From Chloroflexota bacterium (GTDB lineage: Bacteria; Chloroflexota; Limnocylindria; Limnocylindrales; CSP1-4), in the NCBI GenBank assembly GCA_021802825.1, contig JAJZRG010000008.1, positions 16,715 to 80,714 of the forward strand: a DNA stretch of 64,000 nt, given 5' to 3'. The translations under genes and the position numbers were made by a program. This document shows positions 54,077-63,161 of the stretch, piece by piece (the first letter of the stretch is position 1; each line of letters opens with the position of its first letter). Under the pieces are notes generated by a model that was given only the letters and a program-made list of their open reading frames with translations, was not told the origin of the DNA and did not search any database.

Positions 54077-54110
54077 ATGACCCCGACTCGCGTATGACCC
54101 CGACTCGCGT
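54077..54110 (+). repeat. Perfect 17-bp tandem duplication of the start of the flavodoxin-like gene (ATGACCCCGACTCGCGT x2)
   Basis: 54077-54093 is identical to 54094-54110. The first copy forms a 6-codon out-of-frame mini-ORF (MTPTRV*) whose TGA overlaps the second ATG. Confidence 0.9.
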
Positions 54111-54633
54111 CCTCGTCGCCTTCTCCAGCCGCTCGGGGTCCACGGCGGGCACCGCGGAGGCGATCGCCTCCGTCCTGCGCTCGGCTGGCTTCCTCGTGGA
54201 CTGCCGCGCGAAGGAGGAGGTCGATGACGTGTCGCCCTACGGCGCGGTCGTCCTCGGCAGCGGCGTCTACGTGCCCAGCCGTGTCTCGGACGGCGGGGGC
54301 TTCCTCGAGCGTCATGGGGCCGGGCTTCGCGGTCGCGACCTGTGGCTGTACAGCACCGGGCCCATCGGCGGGCGCGCCGGTCGTGGGACGGGCAGCGCGA
54401 CCGAGGACGAGCTCGCCGCCGTCACGGTGGGCCGTGCGATCGGCGCCCGGGGCGTCGCGATGTTCGGGACGGTCGGGATGCCCGTGGGCGACGACCCGGT
54501 GGCCGCGCTGCTGCCGGCAGACCTCCGCGAGGTCCGTTCCTGGGCCGCGGACATCGCGGCGACGCTCGGCGCTCCCCGCGCCGCGGCCTCCTACCGGCCG
54601 CGCCACCGCCACCACATCGCGACTGCGCGCTGA
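54094..54633 (+). CDS. Flavodoxin-like fold protein (HemG/flavodoxin-domain family)
   Basis: VLVAFSSRSGSTAGTAEAIA is an FMN phosphate-binding loop-like N-terminus. 179 aa. Start at the second ATG of the duplication, in frame with ORF 53950..54633. Confidence 0.65.
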   Translation: MTPTRVLVAFSSRSGSTAGTAEAIASVLRSAGFLVDCRAKEEVDDVSPYGAVVLGSGVYVPSRVSDGGGFLERHGAGLRGRDLWLYSTGPIGGRAGRGTGSATEDELAAVTVGRAIGARGVAMFGTVGMPVGDDPVAALLPADLREVRSWAADIAATLGAPRAAASYRPRHRHHIATAR

Positions 54634-54801
54634 GGGCTGACGCCGGCACGACCTCGCGGTGACTCCCGGGGCAGGACCGGTGCTGCCGACGCGACCGTAC
54701 GGTTGGGGGGATGGCGGGCTGACCGCGAATGGTCGACCCTAGGAGCAGAGCATTCGGCCGAGAGCGGATGCCGTCATGCCCGGGGATTGAACAGGGATCT
54801 C

Positions 54802-57099
54802 ATGCGACGCCTTCTCGCGATCCTGCTCGCGGTCCTCGCCGTGGCCCCGGTCAGCACGGTGCTCGGCGCGGGGACGGCGCTGGCAGCCGCGACCGGCCCA
54901 GCCCTCGTCCCGGACGCGGTGGACGGCAGCGCGCCGGTGCGGGCCGGGAGTCTCGACGCCTCCGATCGCTGGATCGTGGTCCTGCGCTCCGGAAGCCGCC
55001 TCGATGTCGCGGGCGCCAGGGCCCGAGGCCTCGGCGTTCGGCAGGACCGCGTGTTCAACGGGGCGTTCCGCGGCTACGCTGCGCGGCTCGCCAACGCGCA
55101 GCTGGCGCTGCTGCGGGCCGACCCCAATGTCGAGGACGTCGTCCCGGACGACATCCTCGCGGTGCAGGGGCAGGCGATCCCCACCGGCGTCTCGCGCGTC
55201 TTCGGCGCCGCCAGCGGCATCGCCCTGATCAACGGGAAGGATGAGCGCGTCGATGCCGACGTCGCGATCGTGGACACCGGCATCGATCCCCAGCATCTTG
55301 ACCTCAACGTCGCGGGCGGCATCAACTGCGCCAGCCCGGATGCGGCGGCCTGGGCCGACGTGAACGGCCACGGCACGCACGTGGCGGGTATCGTCGGAGC
55401 GCTCGACAACGGGTACGGCGTCGTGGGCGTGGCCCCCGGCGTCCGACTGTGGTCCGTCCGCGTGCTCGATTGGATGGGCAACGGCCTGCTCTCCTGGTAC
55501 GTCTGCGGGCTCGACTGGATCACGGCGCAGAAGGACCCGACCGACGCGACGCGACCCCTGTTCGAGTCAGTCAACATGTCGGTCGCCAAGCCCGGCCACG
55601 ACGACGGCAACTGCGGCTACACCACGACCGACGTGATGCACCGCGCGGTGTGTCGGGTGGTGGCGGCCGGGATCACGGTGGCCGCGGCCGCGGGGAACTA
55701 CTCGGGCTCGGCGGCGGCCTGGATCCCGGCTGCGTACAACGAGGTGATCACGGTCTCCGCCCTCGCCGACACGGACGGCAAGCCGGGTGGGCGGGGCGGG
55801 TCGACGTGCTCCTCCTGGAACGGCTATGACAAGGACGACACGTTCGCGGACTTCTCGAACCACGGGTCGGACGTGGACCTCATTGCGCCCGGCAAGTGCA
55901 TCCTGTCCACGCTGCCCGGTAACCGCTACGGCCTGATGTCGGGGACGTCCATGGCGACACCGCTCGTCGCCGGCGCCGCCGCGCTCTACAAGTCCACCCG
56001 GCCGCTGGCCACGCCCTACCAGGTCAAGCGCGCGCTCCAGCTGATGGGCAATCTGAACTGGAACACCGCGACCGACCCCGACCCGTACCACGAGCCGCTG
56101 CTCGACGTCTCGTGGATCGTCAACATCGGCGACTTCGCCCTCCGCTACGTCAACGGCCCGGTGACCAGCAGCGCCGCGGGCGGGACGTTCACCGTTCCGC
56201 TGAGCGCGGTGCGCGCCGAGGACTTCACGCTGCCGCTCAACTTCTCGGCGGGACCGACAGCGCCCCTGACCGCGACGCTCTCGACAACGCACCTCGAGCC
56301 CACGGGCGACAGGAGCATGACGGCGGCGATCGCGGTTCCCGCGGGCACGCCCACCGGGATCTACCCCGTCACCGTCACGGCCACGGACGGCAGCCGCGAG
56401 CGCTCGACGACGATCGAGGTCGTGGTGGACGCTACGCCGCCGGTCGCGAGGCCGCCCGCGCTCGGCATCGCAGGGAACAGCACCCTGGGGTCGCTCTCGG
56501 CATCGGGCTTCGGGCGCTGGGTGGCGGCCACCGACGCCTATGGGAGCGTTCAGTCGTACCAGACGCAGTGGAGCGTGGACGGGGGCGCCTGGGGAAGCAC
56601 GGCCAGCCTCGCCCTGAGCTCGCGCCAGGTGACGCGGTCATACGCCTTCGGCCACCGCTACTCGCTTCGGCTCCGTGCGCGAGACGTGGCCGGCAACTGG
56701 AGCGCCTGGGCCGCCTCGGTGGCTGTGAGGCCCGTGGTCGTCCAGGACACCAGCCGTTACCTCGTGTGGTCGGGTCGGTGGTACCGCGCGACGAGCACGA
56801 GCGCCTCCGGGGGGACGACGCGCTACACAACGTGGCGCGGCGCGACGGTGACCATCGCGTTTCAGGGAACTGGGTCCGCGATCGTGACCCCGCGCTCGCC
56901 CACCCGCGGGCGTTTCCAGGTCTGGCTTGACGGCGTCCTCAAGGGCACCGTGGACGAGCGCGCCAGAGCCACGCAGGTCCGGCGCGTCGTGTTCGCGCTG
57001 GCCGGGCTGGCCCCGCGGCGGCACACCCTCCGCTTGGTCTGCCTTGGGACGTCGGGGCGGCCGCGCATCGATATCGACGCGATCGTCCTGCTCCAGTAG
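54802..57099 (+). CDS. Secreted S8 (subtilisin-family) serine protease with I9-like propeptide and ~350-aa C-terminal extension
   Basis: Signal peptide MRRLLAILLAVLAVAP. Catalytic triad motifs VAIVDTGID, HGTHVAG and GTSMATP. Confidence 0.9.
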   Translation: MRRLLAILLAVLAVAPVSTVLGAGTALAAATGPALVPDAVDGSAPVRAGSLDASDRWIVVLRSGSRLDVAGARARGLGVRQDRVFNGAFRGYAARLANAQLALLRADPNVEDVVPDDILAVQGQAIPTGVSRVFGAASGIALINGKDERVDADVAIVDTGIDPQHLDLNVAGGINCASPDAAAWADVNGHGTHVAGIVGALDNGYGVVGVAPGVRLWSVRVLDWMGNGLLSWYVCGLDWITAQKDPTDATRPLFESVNMSVAKPGHDDGNCGYTTTDVMHRAVCRVVAAGITVAAAAGNYSGSAAAWIPAAYNEVITVSALADTDGKPGGRGGSTCSSWNGYDKDDTFADFSNHGSDVDLIAPGKCILSTLPGNRYGLMSGTSMATPLVAGAAALYKSTRPLATPYQVKRALQLMGNLNWNTATDPDPYHEPLLDVSWIVNIGDFALRYVNGPVTSSAAGGTFTVPLSAVRAEDFTLPLNFSAGPTAPLTATLSTTHLEPTGDRSMTAAIAVPAGTPTGIYPVTVTATDGSRERSTTIEVVVDATPPVARPPALGIAGNSTLGSLSASGFGRWVAATDAYGSVQSYQTQWSVDGGAWGSTASLALSSRQVTRSYAFGHRYSLRLRARDVAGNWSAWAASVAVRPVVVQDTSRYLVWSGRWYRATSTSASGGTTRYTTWRGATVTIAFQGTGSAIVTPRSPTRGRFQVWLDGVLKGTVDERARATQVRRVVFALAGLAPRRHTLRLVCLGTSGRPRIDIDAIVLLQ

Positions 57100-57195
57100 G
57101 GTGCTGCGCCCAGGCCAGACGCTTCGGCCCGGGCGGCTCCGGACGGGGCCGACTGGCACGGGTGCCGCACGGGCGGATCGGGCAGGCTCTTCCCC

Positions 57196-57564
57196 ATGGA
57201 GCCCCTGGCCACCGGGAACAGCCTCGACGTTTCCGCGCCGCACGTCATCGCGGTGGTGCTGTTCGCGGTCGCCATCGCGCTCGTCGCCGTGGGCATCCGC
57301 CGGTTCCTCATGGCGTACGCCGACGAGCTCGCCGAGCTGTGGCGCCAGTACGGGCCGCTCGCCCTGCGGCGCATGCTCGAGCATCGGCGGGGCATGCCCC
57401 AGACGCCGTGGTTCTGCGAGCGCTGCCGCTCCGGCAACGGCCGGGCGACGACGCGCTGCTACTCGTGCGGCGCCCGCCGGTCCGAGGCGGAGGCGCCCGT
57501 GCCCGACGCCGACACGCCCGCGGGGCCGAGTGCCGGGCGCTCGCAGCGGACGAGGCGCGGCTGA
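57196..57564 (+). CDS. Small membrane protein with C-terminal RanBP2-type zinc-ribbon motif
   Basis: TM helix VIAVVLFAVAIALVAVGI. WFCERCRSGNGRATTRCYSC fits W-x-C-x2-C-x3-N-x6-C-x2-C exactly. Confidence 0.55.
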   Translation: MEPLATGNSLDVSAPHVIAVVLFAVAIALVAVGIRRFLMAYADELAELWRQYGPLALRRMLEHRRGMPQTPWFCERCRSGNGRATTRCYSCGARRSEAEAPVPDADTPAGPSAGRSQRTRRG

Positions 57565-57596
57565 GGGGTCCCGATGAGCGGCCACGCTCTTGGTCT

Positions 57597-58695
57597 GAGT
57601 CGCGTCAGACTCGAATTCGGATCGCACGAGCACAAGCCGTGGGATGAGGCCGAGGTTCTCGCCGTCGGCCATGTATCGAGCGTGCCGGATTGAGTCCGTC
57701 GCGACTCAAGGCGGGGCGGCGCCTTCGATGTCCGAACCGCGCTACCGCGCGCCGCCCCCAGGCGGAGGTTCGACGGAGGGCGTCGCGGACCCCGCGTCGT
57801 GGTTCGTGATCATCCTCGCCTCTTCGAACTTCGGCTTCGTCGGATCACCCATCCGCCCACGCCTCGCCTACGCCGGACCGCCGCAAGCGTCCAGCCAGGC
57901 CCGGGCCCAGGCCGGAGACCGCGTCATGACCAGCCTCGCCCTCCCCGAGGACCACCGCAAGCGTCCAGCCGAGCCCGGGCCCAACGGTCAGCACGGCGTC
58001 GGCCGCGTCGTCGGGCCGAGGACGAGCGGCAGCGGGCACGCGCCACCGAGCGCGACATCGTGTTGCGCATCCGGGACGAGAACGACGCCTAGCTTGCCGG
58101 GCCCTCGCCGTCGGTCACGACGAACCGGTGCTCGGGCACCTCGACGAACCGGGTCCGGCCGGGCTTGCCGGCCAACTCGCCCGCGACCGTGGCGGGATGC
58201 TCGAAGACGATGCGCGGCTCGATGACGACCGCGGGCATTTCGATCCCCTCCCGCTGGCTCCGGCAGGGTGGCGCCTCCCGGCTCGCGCCAGACCCGCAAG
58301 TCGGGATGGTGGGAGCTCGTGGCGTGTGAGCTGGGCTGTCGGGGTGGCACGTCCGGACCCGGCGAGCGTGAGTCCGTGAAGGCCGGGGCGATGTCCTCGA
58401 GGAAGTTGCTGGGCGGCAGGTGCGGATCCCGCGCCGGTGAGTCGCGTGGGACTCGCTTTGCGCCGATCGCTGCACAGGCGCCTGCGCGGTGGCGCCATCG
58501 CAGCGGGCGCGCCTACGTGGGCAGCGGGCAGGCGAGTCTGCCATGACTCGACGAGGGCCGACTCCGACGAGGGGCCGACTCCGACGAGGGGCCGACTCCG
58601 ACGAGGGGCCGACTCCGACGAGGGGCCGACTCCGACGAGGGTCGACTCCGACGAGGGCCGACTCCGGCGGCGGGCCGGCGAGTCTGCCATGACTG
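57597..58695. repeat. Dispersed family of GAGTC-N6-GACTC palindromes
   Basis: Exact copies at 57597-57612, 57692-57707 (TTGAGTC-N6-GACTCAA), 58439-58454 and 58534-58549, plus an imperfect copy at 58680-58695. Confidence 0.7.
58089..58238 (-). pseudogene. 49-codon remnant resembling the N-terminus of a GyrI-like small-molecule-binding protein
   Basis: MPAVVIEPRIVFEHPATVAGELAGKPGRTRFVEVPEHRFVVTDGEGPAS*, preceded by a GGGAGGGG Shine-Dalgarno. The EVP..RF...DG.G pattern is typical of the family, but only about a quarter of a normal domain is present. Confidence 0.35.
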
Positions 58696-58724
58696 ACGAC
58701 GAGGGCCGACTCCGACGAGGGGCC
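58545..58724 (+). repeat. Tandem array of a 17-nt unit (GACTCCGACGAGGGGCC, ~10 copies)
   Basis: Four perfect 17-mers at 58560-58627, flanked by 15-17-nt variants. A 29-31-nt block GGCGAGTCTGCCATGACT(C/G)ACGACGAGGGCC occurs twice (58531-58559 and 58677-58707). Confidence 0.9.
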
Positions 58725-58744
58725 GTCAGGCGATGAGGTCCCGC

Positions 58745-59539
58745 TCAGCGCCAGGCGTCCACCGGTGCATTCGGAGGGCAGGGCCCCCGAAAGAAGCCGA
58801 GCAGCGGCTCGCCGGTGGTCTGGCGGAGGGTCACGCGCTCAGCCTGGGGCCGGGGCCCGTGCCGGTTGTCGGGGGCGATCGTGAGCTCGAGCTCTACGTC
58901 GTCGTCGCCCGCGTGGTTCGGGTCGTAGACGCGGAGGCGGATCGCGCCGCCCTGGGCCTCGAGCTCGGCCGGTTCGCCGCAACACGCCTCGTCGGCCGTG
59001 TAGGCCCAGACGAGGACCTGGTGGTTGCGGATGAGCGCGGCCGGCCAGAAACCGCCGACGCGGATCAGCTCCAGCATGCAGGGGCGGCCGGCATCCAGTT
59101 CCGCACGCACGCGCGGCCACTCACGCCGGATCGTGGGCACCCGAACAGGCCCGCGGCGAAGCCCGAGCCTGAGGCCGGCGACCAGATGGTGCCCAACTGC
59201 CAGCCCAGAAGGCGCCTCCGCGTGGAGCAGCGCCAGCACCGCGTACCGCAGCGGCACTCGGAGCCAGTCGAGTGACATGACCTGGGCCCGGACCAGCGCC
59301 CGGAACCGCCTGCTGCCGTTCGCCGGCGGCTCGCGGTCCTCGGGAGCCGCAACCCCCGCCGCCCACAGGTCCCGCGCGGTCAGCGCCATCCCGCCGCACA
59401 GGCCCGAGGACGCGTCGCCGATCCCCACGGCCCGCGGGTCGAGGCGCCCGAGCCGCACCGTGGGCCCCGGGGCAAACGCGTTGACGAAGTGGAGCCCGTG
59501 GATGCTGGGGAGAAACCCGGGCACGACGCGCTCGATCAT
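58745..59539 (-). CDS. Hypothetical protein, possible papain-like Cys/His hydrolase
   Basis: 264-aa ORF with coding-like composition and no signal peptide. Candidate nucleophile in SSGLCGGMA and candidate His in [11 protein letters not shown]. No family recognised. Confidence 0.6.
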   Translation of the reverse strand: MIERVVPGFLPSIHGLHFVNAFAPGPTVRLGRLDPRAVGIGDASSGLCGGMALTARDLWAAGVAAPEDREPPANGSRRFRALVRAQVMSLDWLRVPLRYAVLALLHAEAPSGLAVGHHLVAGLRLGLRRGPVRVPTIRREWPRVRAELDAGRPCMLELIRVGGFWPAALIRNHQVLVWAYTADEACCGEPAELEAQGGAIRLRVYDPNHAGDDDVELELTIAPDNRHGPRPQAERVTLRQTTGEPLLGFFRGPCPPNAPVDAWR

Positions 59540-59598
59540 CGCGCCAGCCTACCTCGACGGCACGCGGCTGCCCCGGCGGGCGGCGCTACTATCGAGTC

Positions 59599-61698
59599 AT
59601 GGCCAACGCGGACGAGACCCCCACGCGCGCGAACCGTTTGGCCGGGGAGACCAGCCCGTATCTGCTCATGCACGCGCACAACCCGGTGGACTGGTACCCG
59701 TGGGGTCCCGAGGCACTCGCCCGCGCGTCCGAACTCGACCGGCCGATCTTCCTCTCGATCGGCTACGCCGCGTGCCACTGGTGCCACGTGATGGAGCGCG
59801 AGTCGTTCGAGGACGAGGCGCTCGCCGCCTACCTCAATGCGCACTTCGTCCCGGTCAAGGTGGATCGCGAGGAGCGCCCGGACGTTGACAGCGTGTACAT
59901 GGCGGCCGTCCAGGCGATGACCGGCCAGGGCGGCTGGCCGCTGTCGGTGTTCCTCGCGCCCGACGGGCGGCCCTTCTTCGGCGGCACCTACTTCCCGCCG
60001 GAGCCACGCCAGGGGATGCCGGGCTTCGGGCAGGTGCTCGCGGGCGTGCGGGAGGCCTGGACCCAGCGACGGGGCGCGGTCGAGGAGACGGGCAAGGCCG
60101 TGGTGGCCTCGCTGGCGGAGATGCGCGGGATGGGCGATGCGGCCGGATCGCTCCCGTCCGTCGAGGTGCTGTCGGAGGCGGCGGCCGCGCTTGGGGCCTC
60201 ATTCGACGAGGCGAACGGCGGCTGGGGCCGGGCGCCCAAGTTCCCGCAGCCGATGACCATCGAGTTCACGTTGCGCCGCCACCTGGCGACGGGCGACCCT
60301 CGGCCGCTGGCCATCGCGCGCCGGACGCTGGACCGCATGGCCGATGGCGGCGTCCGTGACCAGCTCGGCGGGGGCTTCCACCGCTACTCGACCGACGCCC
60401 GCTGGCTCGTGCCCCACTTCGAGCAGATGCTCTACGACAACGCCCAGCTGGCCCGTGTCTATCTCCACGCCTGGCAGCTGACCCGCGACCCGCGCTACCG
60501 CGACGTCGCGATGGGCGCGCTCGACTTCCTGCTTCGCGACCTCCGGACGCCGGGCGGCGGCTTCGCTGCCAGTCTCGACGCCGACACGAACGGGGTCGAG
60601 GGGGCGACGTTCACGTGGCTGCCCGGCGAGGTGCGCGAGGTCCTCGGCGACGCCGCTCCGCTGTTCGAGGCCGAGTACGGCGTGACGCCGACGGGCAACT
60701 GGGAGGGCGTCACGATCCTGTCGCGCGTACGCAGCGATGCCGAGCTGGCCGACCACTTCGGGCTGACGCCTGCCGACGTCGCCGAACGACTGGCGGCCGC
60801 ACGGGGCGCCTTGTTCGCAGCCCGACGCGCGCGACCCCAGCCGGCCCGTGACGACAAGGTGCTCGCCGCCTGGAATGGGCTCGCGATCGCGGCCCTCGCC
60901 GACGCCGCCCGGGCGCTCGATGCCGGGGCGCCCGAGTTCGCCGAGCGCGCCGCCGCATACCTGGCCGCGGCTGTCGCGGCGGCGGAGGACGTGGTGTCTG
61001 GGCTGCGCGTCGCGCCGGGGCGGGTGCACCGCTCGTGGAAGGATGGCCGGGCGACGGCGGACGGCGTCCTGGAGGACCACGCGGACCTCGCCGAGGGGCT
61101 CCTCGCCCTGTACGAGGCCACCGCCGACGAGCGGTGGCATGCCGAGGCAGTCGCCCTGGCCGAAGGCATCCTCGCGAGGTTCGCGGACCCGGGAGGCGGC
61201 TTCCACGACACCGCCGACGATGCGGAAGGGCTGGTCATCCGGCCGCGCGACCTCCAGGACAACGCGGTCCCGTCGGGCGGCTCGATGGCCACCAGCGTCC
61301 TGCTTCGCCTCGGCGCGCTCACTGGCGAGCCGCGGTATCGGGCTGCCGCCGAACGGGCGCTGGCTCGTGTCGGGCCGTACCTTGGCCGCTACCCGACCTC
61401 GTTTGCGCAGTGGCTGTGCGCGCTCGAGGTGGCCCACCAGGGCATCGTGGAGGTCGCGATCGTGAGCGACGCTGCCGGTGCTGCCGGCACCGAGTCGCTC
61501 GTCCGGGCCGCGTCGCGCACGTACGGGGCGTTCCGGGTCCTCGCCGTCACGGCGGATGCGTCGGCTTCGGCGGTCCCGCTGCTTCGCGACAAGTTCGCGC
61601 TCCGCGGCCGTCCCACGGCCTTCGTCTGCCGCAACTTCGCCTGTCGCCAGCCCGTCCACGAGCCTGAGGCGCTCGAGGCCCTGCTGGTGGGTACTTGA
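59599..61698 (+). CDS. Thioredoxin-domain protein of the DUF255/YyaL (SPATA20-like) family with (alpha/alpha)6 barrel
   Basis: 699 aa. [18 protein letters not shown]...[13 protein letters not shown] thioredoxin-like N-terminus followed by a long helical domain. Confidence 0.88.
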   Translation: MANADETPTRANRLAGETSPYLLMHAHNPVDWYPWGPEALARASELDRPIFLSIGYAACHWCHVMERESFEDEALAAYLNAHFVPVKVDREERPDVDSVYMAAVQAMTGQGGWPLSVFLAPDGRPFFGGTYFPPEPRQGMPGFGQVLAGVREAWTQRRGAVEETGKAVVASLAEMRGMGDAAGSLPSVEVLSEAAAALGASFDEANGGWGRAPKFPQPMTIEFTLRRHLATGDPRPLAIARRTLDRMADGGVRDQLGGGFHRYSTDARWLVPHFEQMLYDNAQLARVYLHAWQLTRDPRYRDVAMGALDFLLRDLRTPGGGFAASLDADTNGVEGATFTWLPGEVREVLGDAAPLFEAEYGVTPTGNWEGVTILSRVRSDAELADHFGLTPADVAERLAAARGALFAARRARPQPARDDKVLAAWNGLAIAALADAARALDAGAPEFAERAAAYLAAAVAAAEDVVSGLRVAPGRVHRSWKDGRATADGVLEDHADLAEGLLALYEATADERWHAEAVALAEGILARFADPGGGFHDTADDAEGLVIRPRDLQDNAVPSGGSMATSVLLRLGALTGEPRYRAAAERALARVGPYLGRYPTSFAQWLCALEVAHQGIVEVAIVSDAAGAAGTESLVRAASRTYGAFRVLAVTADASASAVPLLRDKFALRGRPTAFVCRNFACRQPVHEPEALEALLVGT

Positions 61699-61961
61699 GC
61701 CCAGGCGTGTCCGGAGTTGGCCCGGGCGGAGGGTCGTCAGGCGGTGATCGTCTGCACGGAGCTCGGCATGCGCGTGGCGCAGTGCCTGTCCGCGCGGCTC
61801 GGCTTCCGCCGCATCCCGGACCGCAACTTCGACTCCGTGCCCGGGGTGCCTCATCGCCCACCGGCTCGCGCTGTTGACGCGGGACGCGTCGTTGTGGCCG
61901 GAGGGACCCAACTCCAAGCCGGCGGTCCGTGCCGCCAGCGGGCCGACGAGGTCGGGCGCGG

Positions 61962-62171
61962 TCAGGCGGGCTTGGTGCCGCCGTCGGGCTTGGTGCCGCC
62001 GTCGCCGGACTTCTTGTCGATGTCCGACTTGATCTCGTTGATCTCGCGCCGGGCCTCCTTGACGCCCTGTCCGAACGCACGGCCGATGAGAGGCAGCGTC
62101 TTGGGGCCGCGCCAGATGATCACGATGATCAGGATGACGATGAGGATGAGCAGGAGGTGTGCAGGGCTCAT
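61962..62171 (-). CDS. tatA: Twin-arginine translocase subunit TatA/E
   Basis: Start MSPAHLLLILIVILIIVIIW at 62171 within ORF 61962..62240. TM helix followed by an amphipathic helix (PLIGRAFGQGVKEARREINEIK). C-terminal GGTKP duplication. Confidence 0.8.
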   Translation of the reverse strand: MSPAHLLLILIVILIIVIIWRGPKTLPLIGRAFGQGVKEARREINEIKSDIDKKSGDGGTKPDGGTKPA

Positions 62172-62678
62172 GGCGGTGGATCGTAGCAGCGCGCCGGGGC
62201 CGCGTCGCCCCTTCGGCTGAATCTTCGCGGGCAGGACCATCGGTCCCGAATCTGGGGGCCGCAGGCCCCGGGACCTTCGGCCGATGACAACAGGGCCGAA
62301 GGGCCCGCAGCGTCATCCGCTGTCAGGCCCTTGGGCACGCGCCGCGGGGAGGCTCCCGGCGGGAGACTTGCCGTGGCTCGAACGGACGGGCCAGGCACAC
62401 AGGACAGGTCCCACACACAGCACAGCGTCCCACGCGTCCCATCCAGCCAGGTCGGGGCCCTGCTCTCTCCCACCGGGGCCCCGACCTGCCTCTCCGCAAC
62501 GTCGCGTCAATCGAATCGGCCGGCCGCCTGTCGCATCTCCCCCGCGGGCGGACCGACCCAGTCCCCTGGGACTTCGAATCGGCGGGCCACCTCCCCGGCC
62601 CGCCGATTCGGATTCAGCCGGCCATTGCAGGCGGCGCTGATTCCCGTCACGTCAGCGCCGCTCTATCTCAACGTCGAC

Positions 62679-62915
62679 GTGCCGACCCTCCAGCGGGTCC
62701 CGGGCGTGCTCAGCTTCTTCCGCGACCACCGTGGCCAGCCGATCGCCAGCTCGGCCCTCATGGCCCCGATCAGCGCCGCGTTCGTGGCGGCGATCAAGGG
62801 GTTCAGGCTCCATCGGGAGTGGATCGCCAACCGCCGACGCGCGGAGCAGCTCCTCGCGAAACTCGAGCAGCTCTCGACCGAGGCGGCTGCGCTCATGCTG
62901 ACCGAACCGGCCTGA
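62679..62915 (+). CDS. Hypothetical small protein (weak call)
   Basis: GTG 62679 lies within ORF 62331..62915. Only the last ~78 codons look protein-like (…APISAAFVAAIKGFRLHREWIANRRRAEQLLAKLEQL…). No Shine-Dalgarno seen. Confidence 0.25.
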   Translation: MPTLQRVPGVLSFFRDHRGQPIASSALMAPISAAFVAAIKGFRLHREWIANRRRAEQLLAKLEQLSTEAAALMLTEPA

Positions 62916-63161
62916 TGTTGGCGGCCGCCGACTATTTCCGGGGCAAGTAGCTACCTAGCTACCGCCCCGGCATCGCCGTCGGCTCCGATGATCCGCGTTG
63001 ACGAGCCGAAGGGCCAGACATATGCCGAATGGACTCTCGGCAGCGATTCTGGGACGATCCGGTAACTCCTCGCCGCCCCAGCCGCAGGACCCGCCGCGGT
63101 CTCCTGTGGGTGTCGCCCAGATCAGGTCGTCCCGGGTTGTTCAACCGCCAGGGAGGGTGAC

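Noticed and set aside
57644-58225. Plus-strand ORFs 57644..58225 and 57799..58092, and minus ORF 57845..58039, in the gene-poor patch
   Set aside because: Their translations are Pro/Arg/Ala/Ser-rich low-complexity sequence with no motifs, no Shine-Dalgarno and mutually overlapping frames. I treat the patch as non-coding or degenerate.
58531-58724. CRISPR-like reading of the 17-nt array (and of the 26.3-26.65 kb repeats)
   Set aside because: The units abut directly, with no unique spacers. The unit length is far below CRISPR repeat size, and no cas genes are present. These are tandem or dispersed repeats, not CRISPR.
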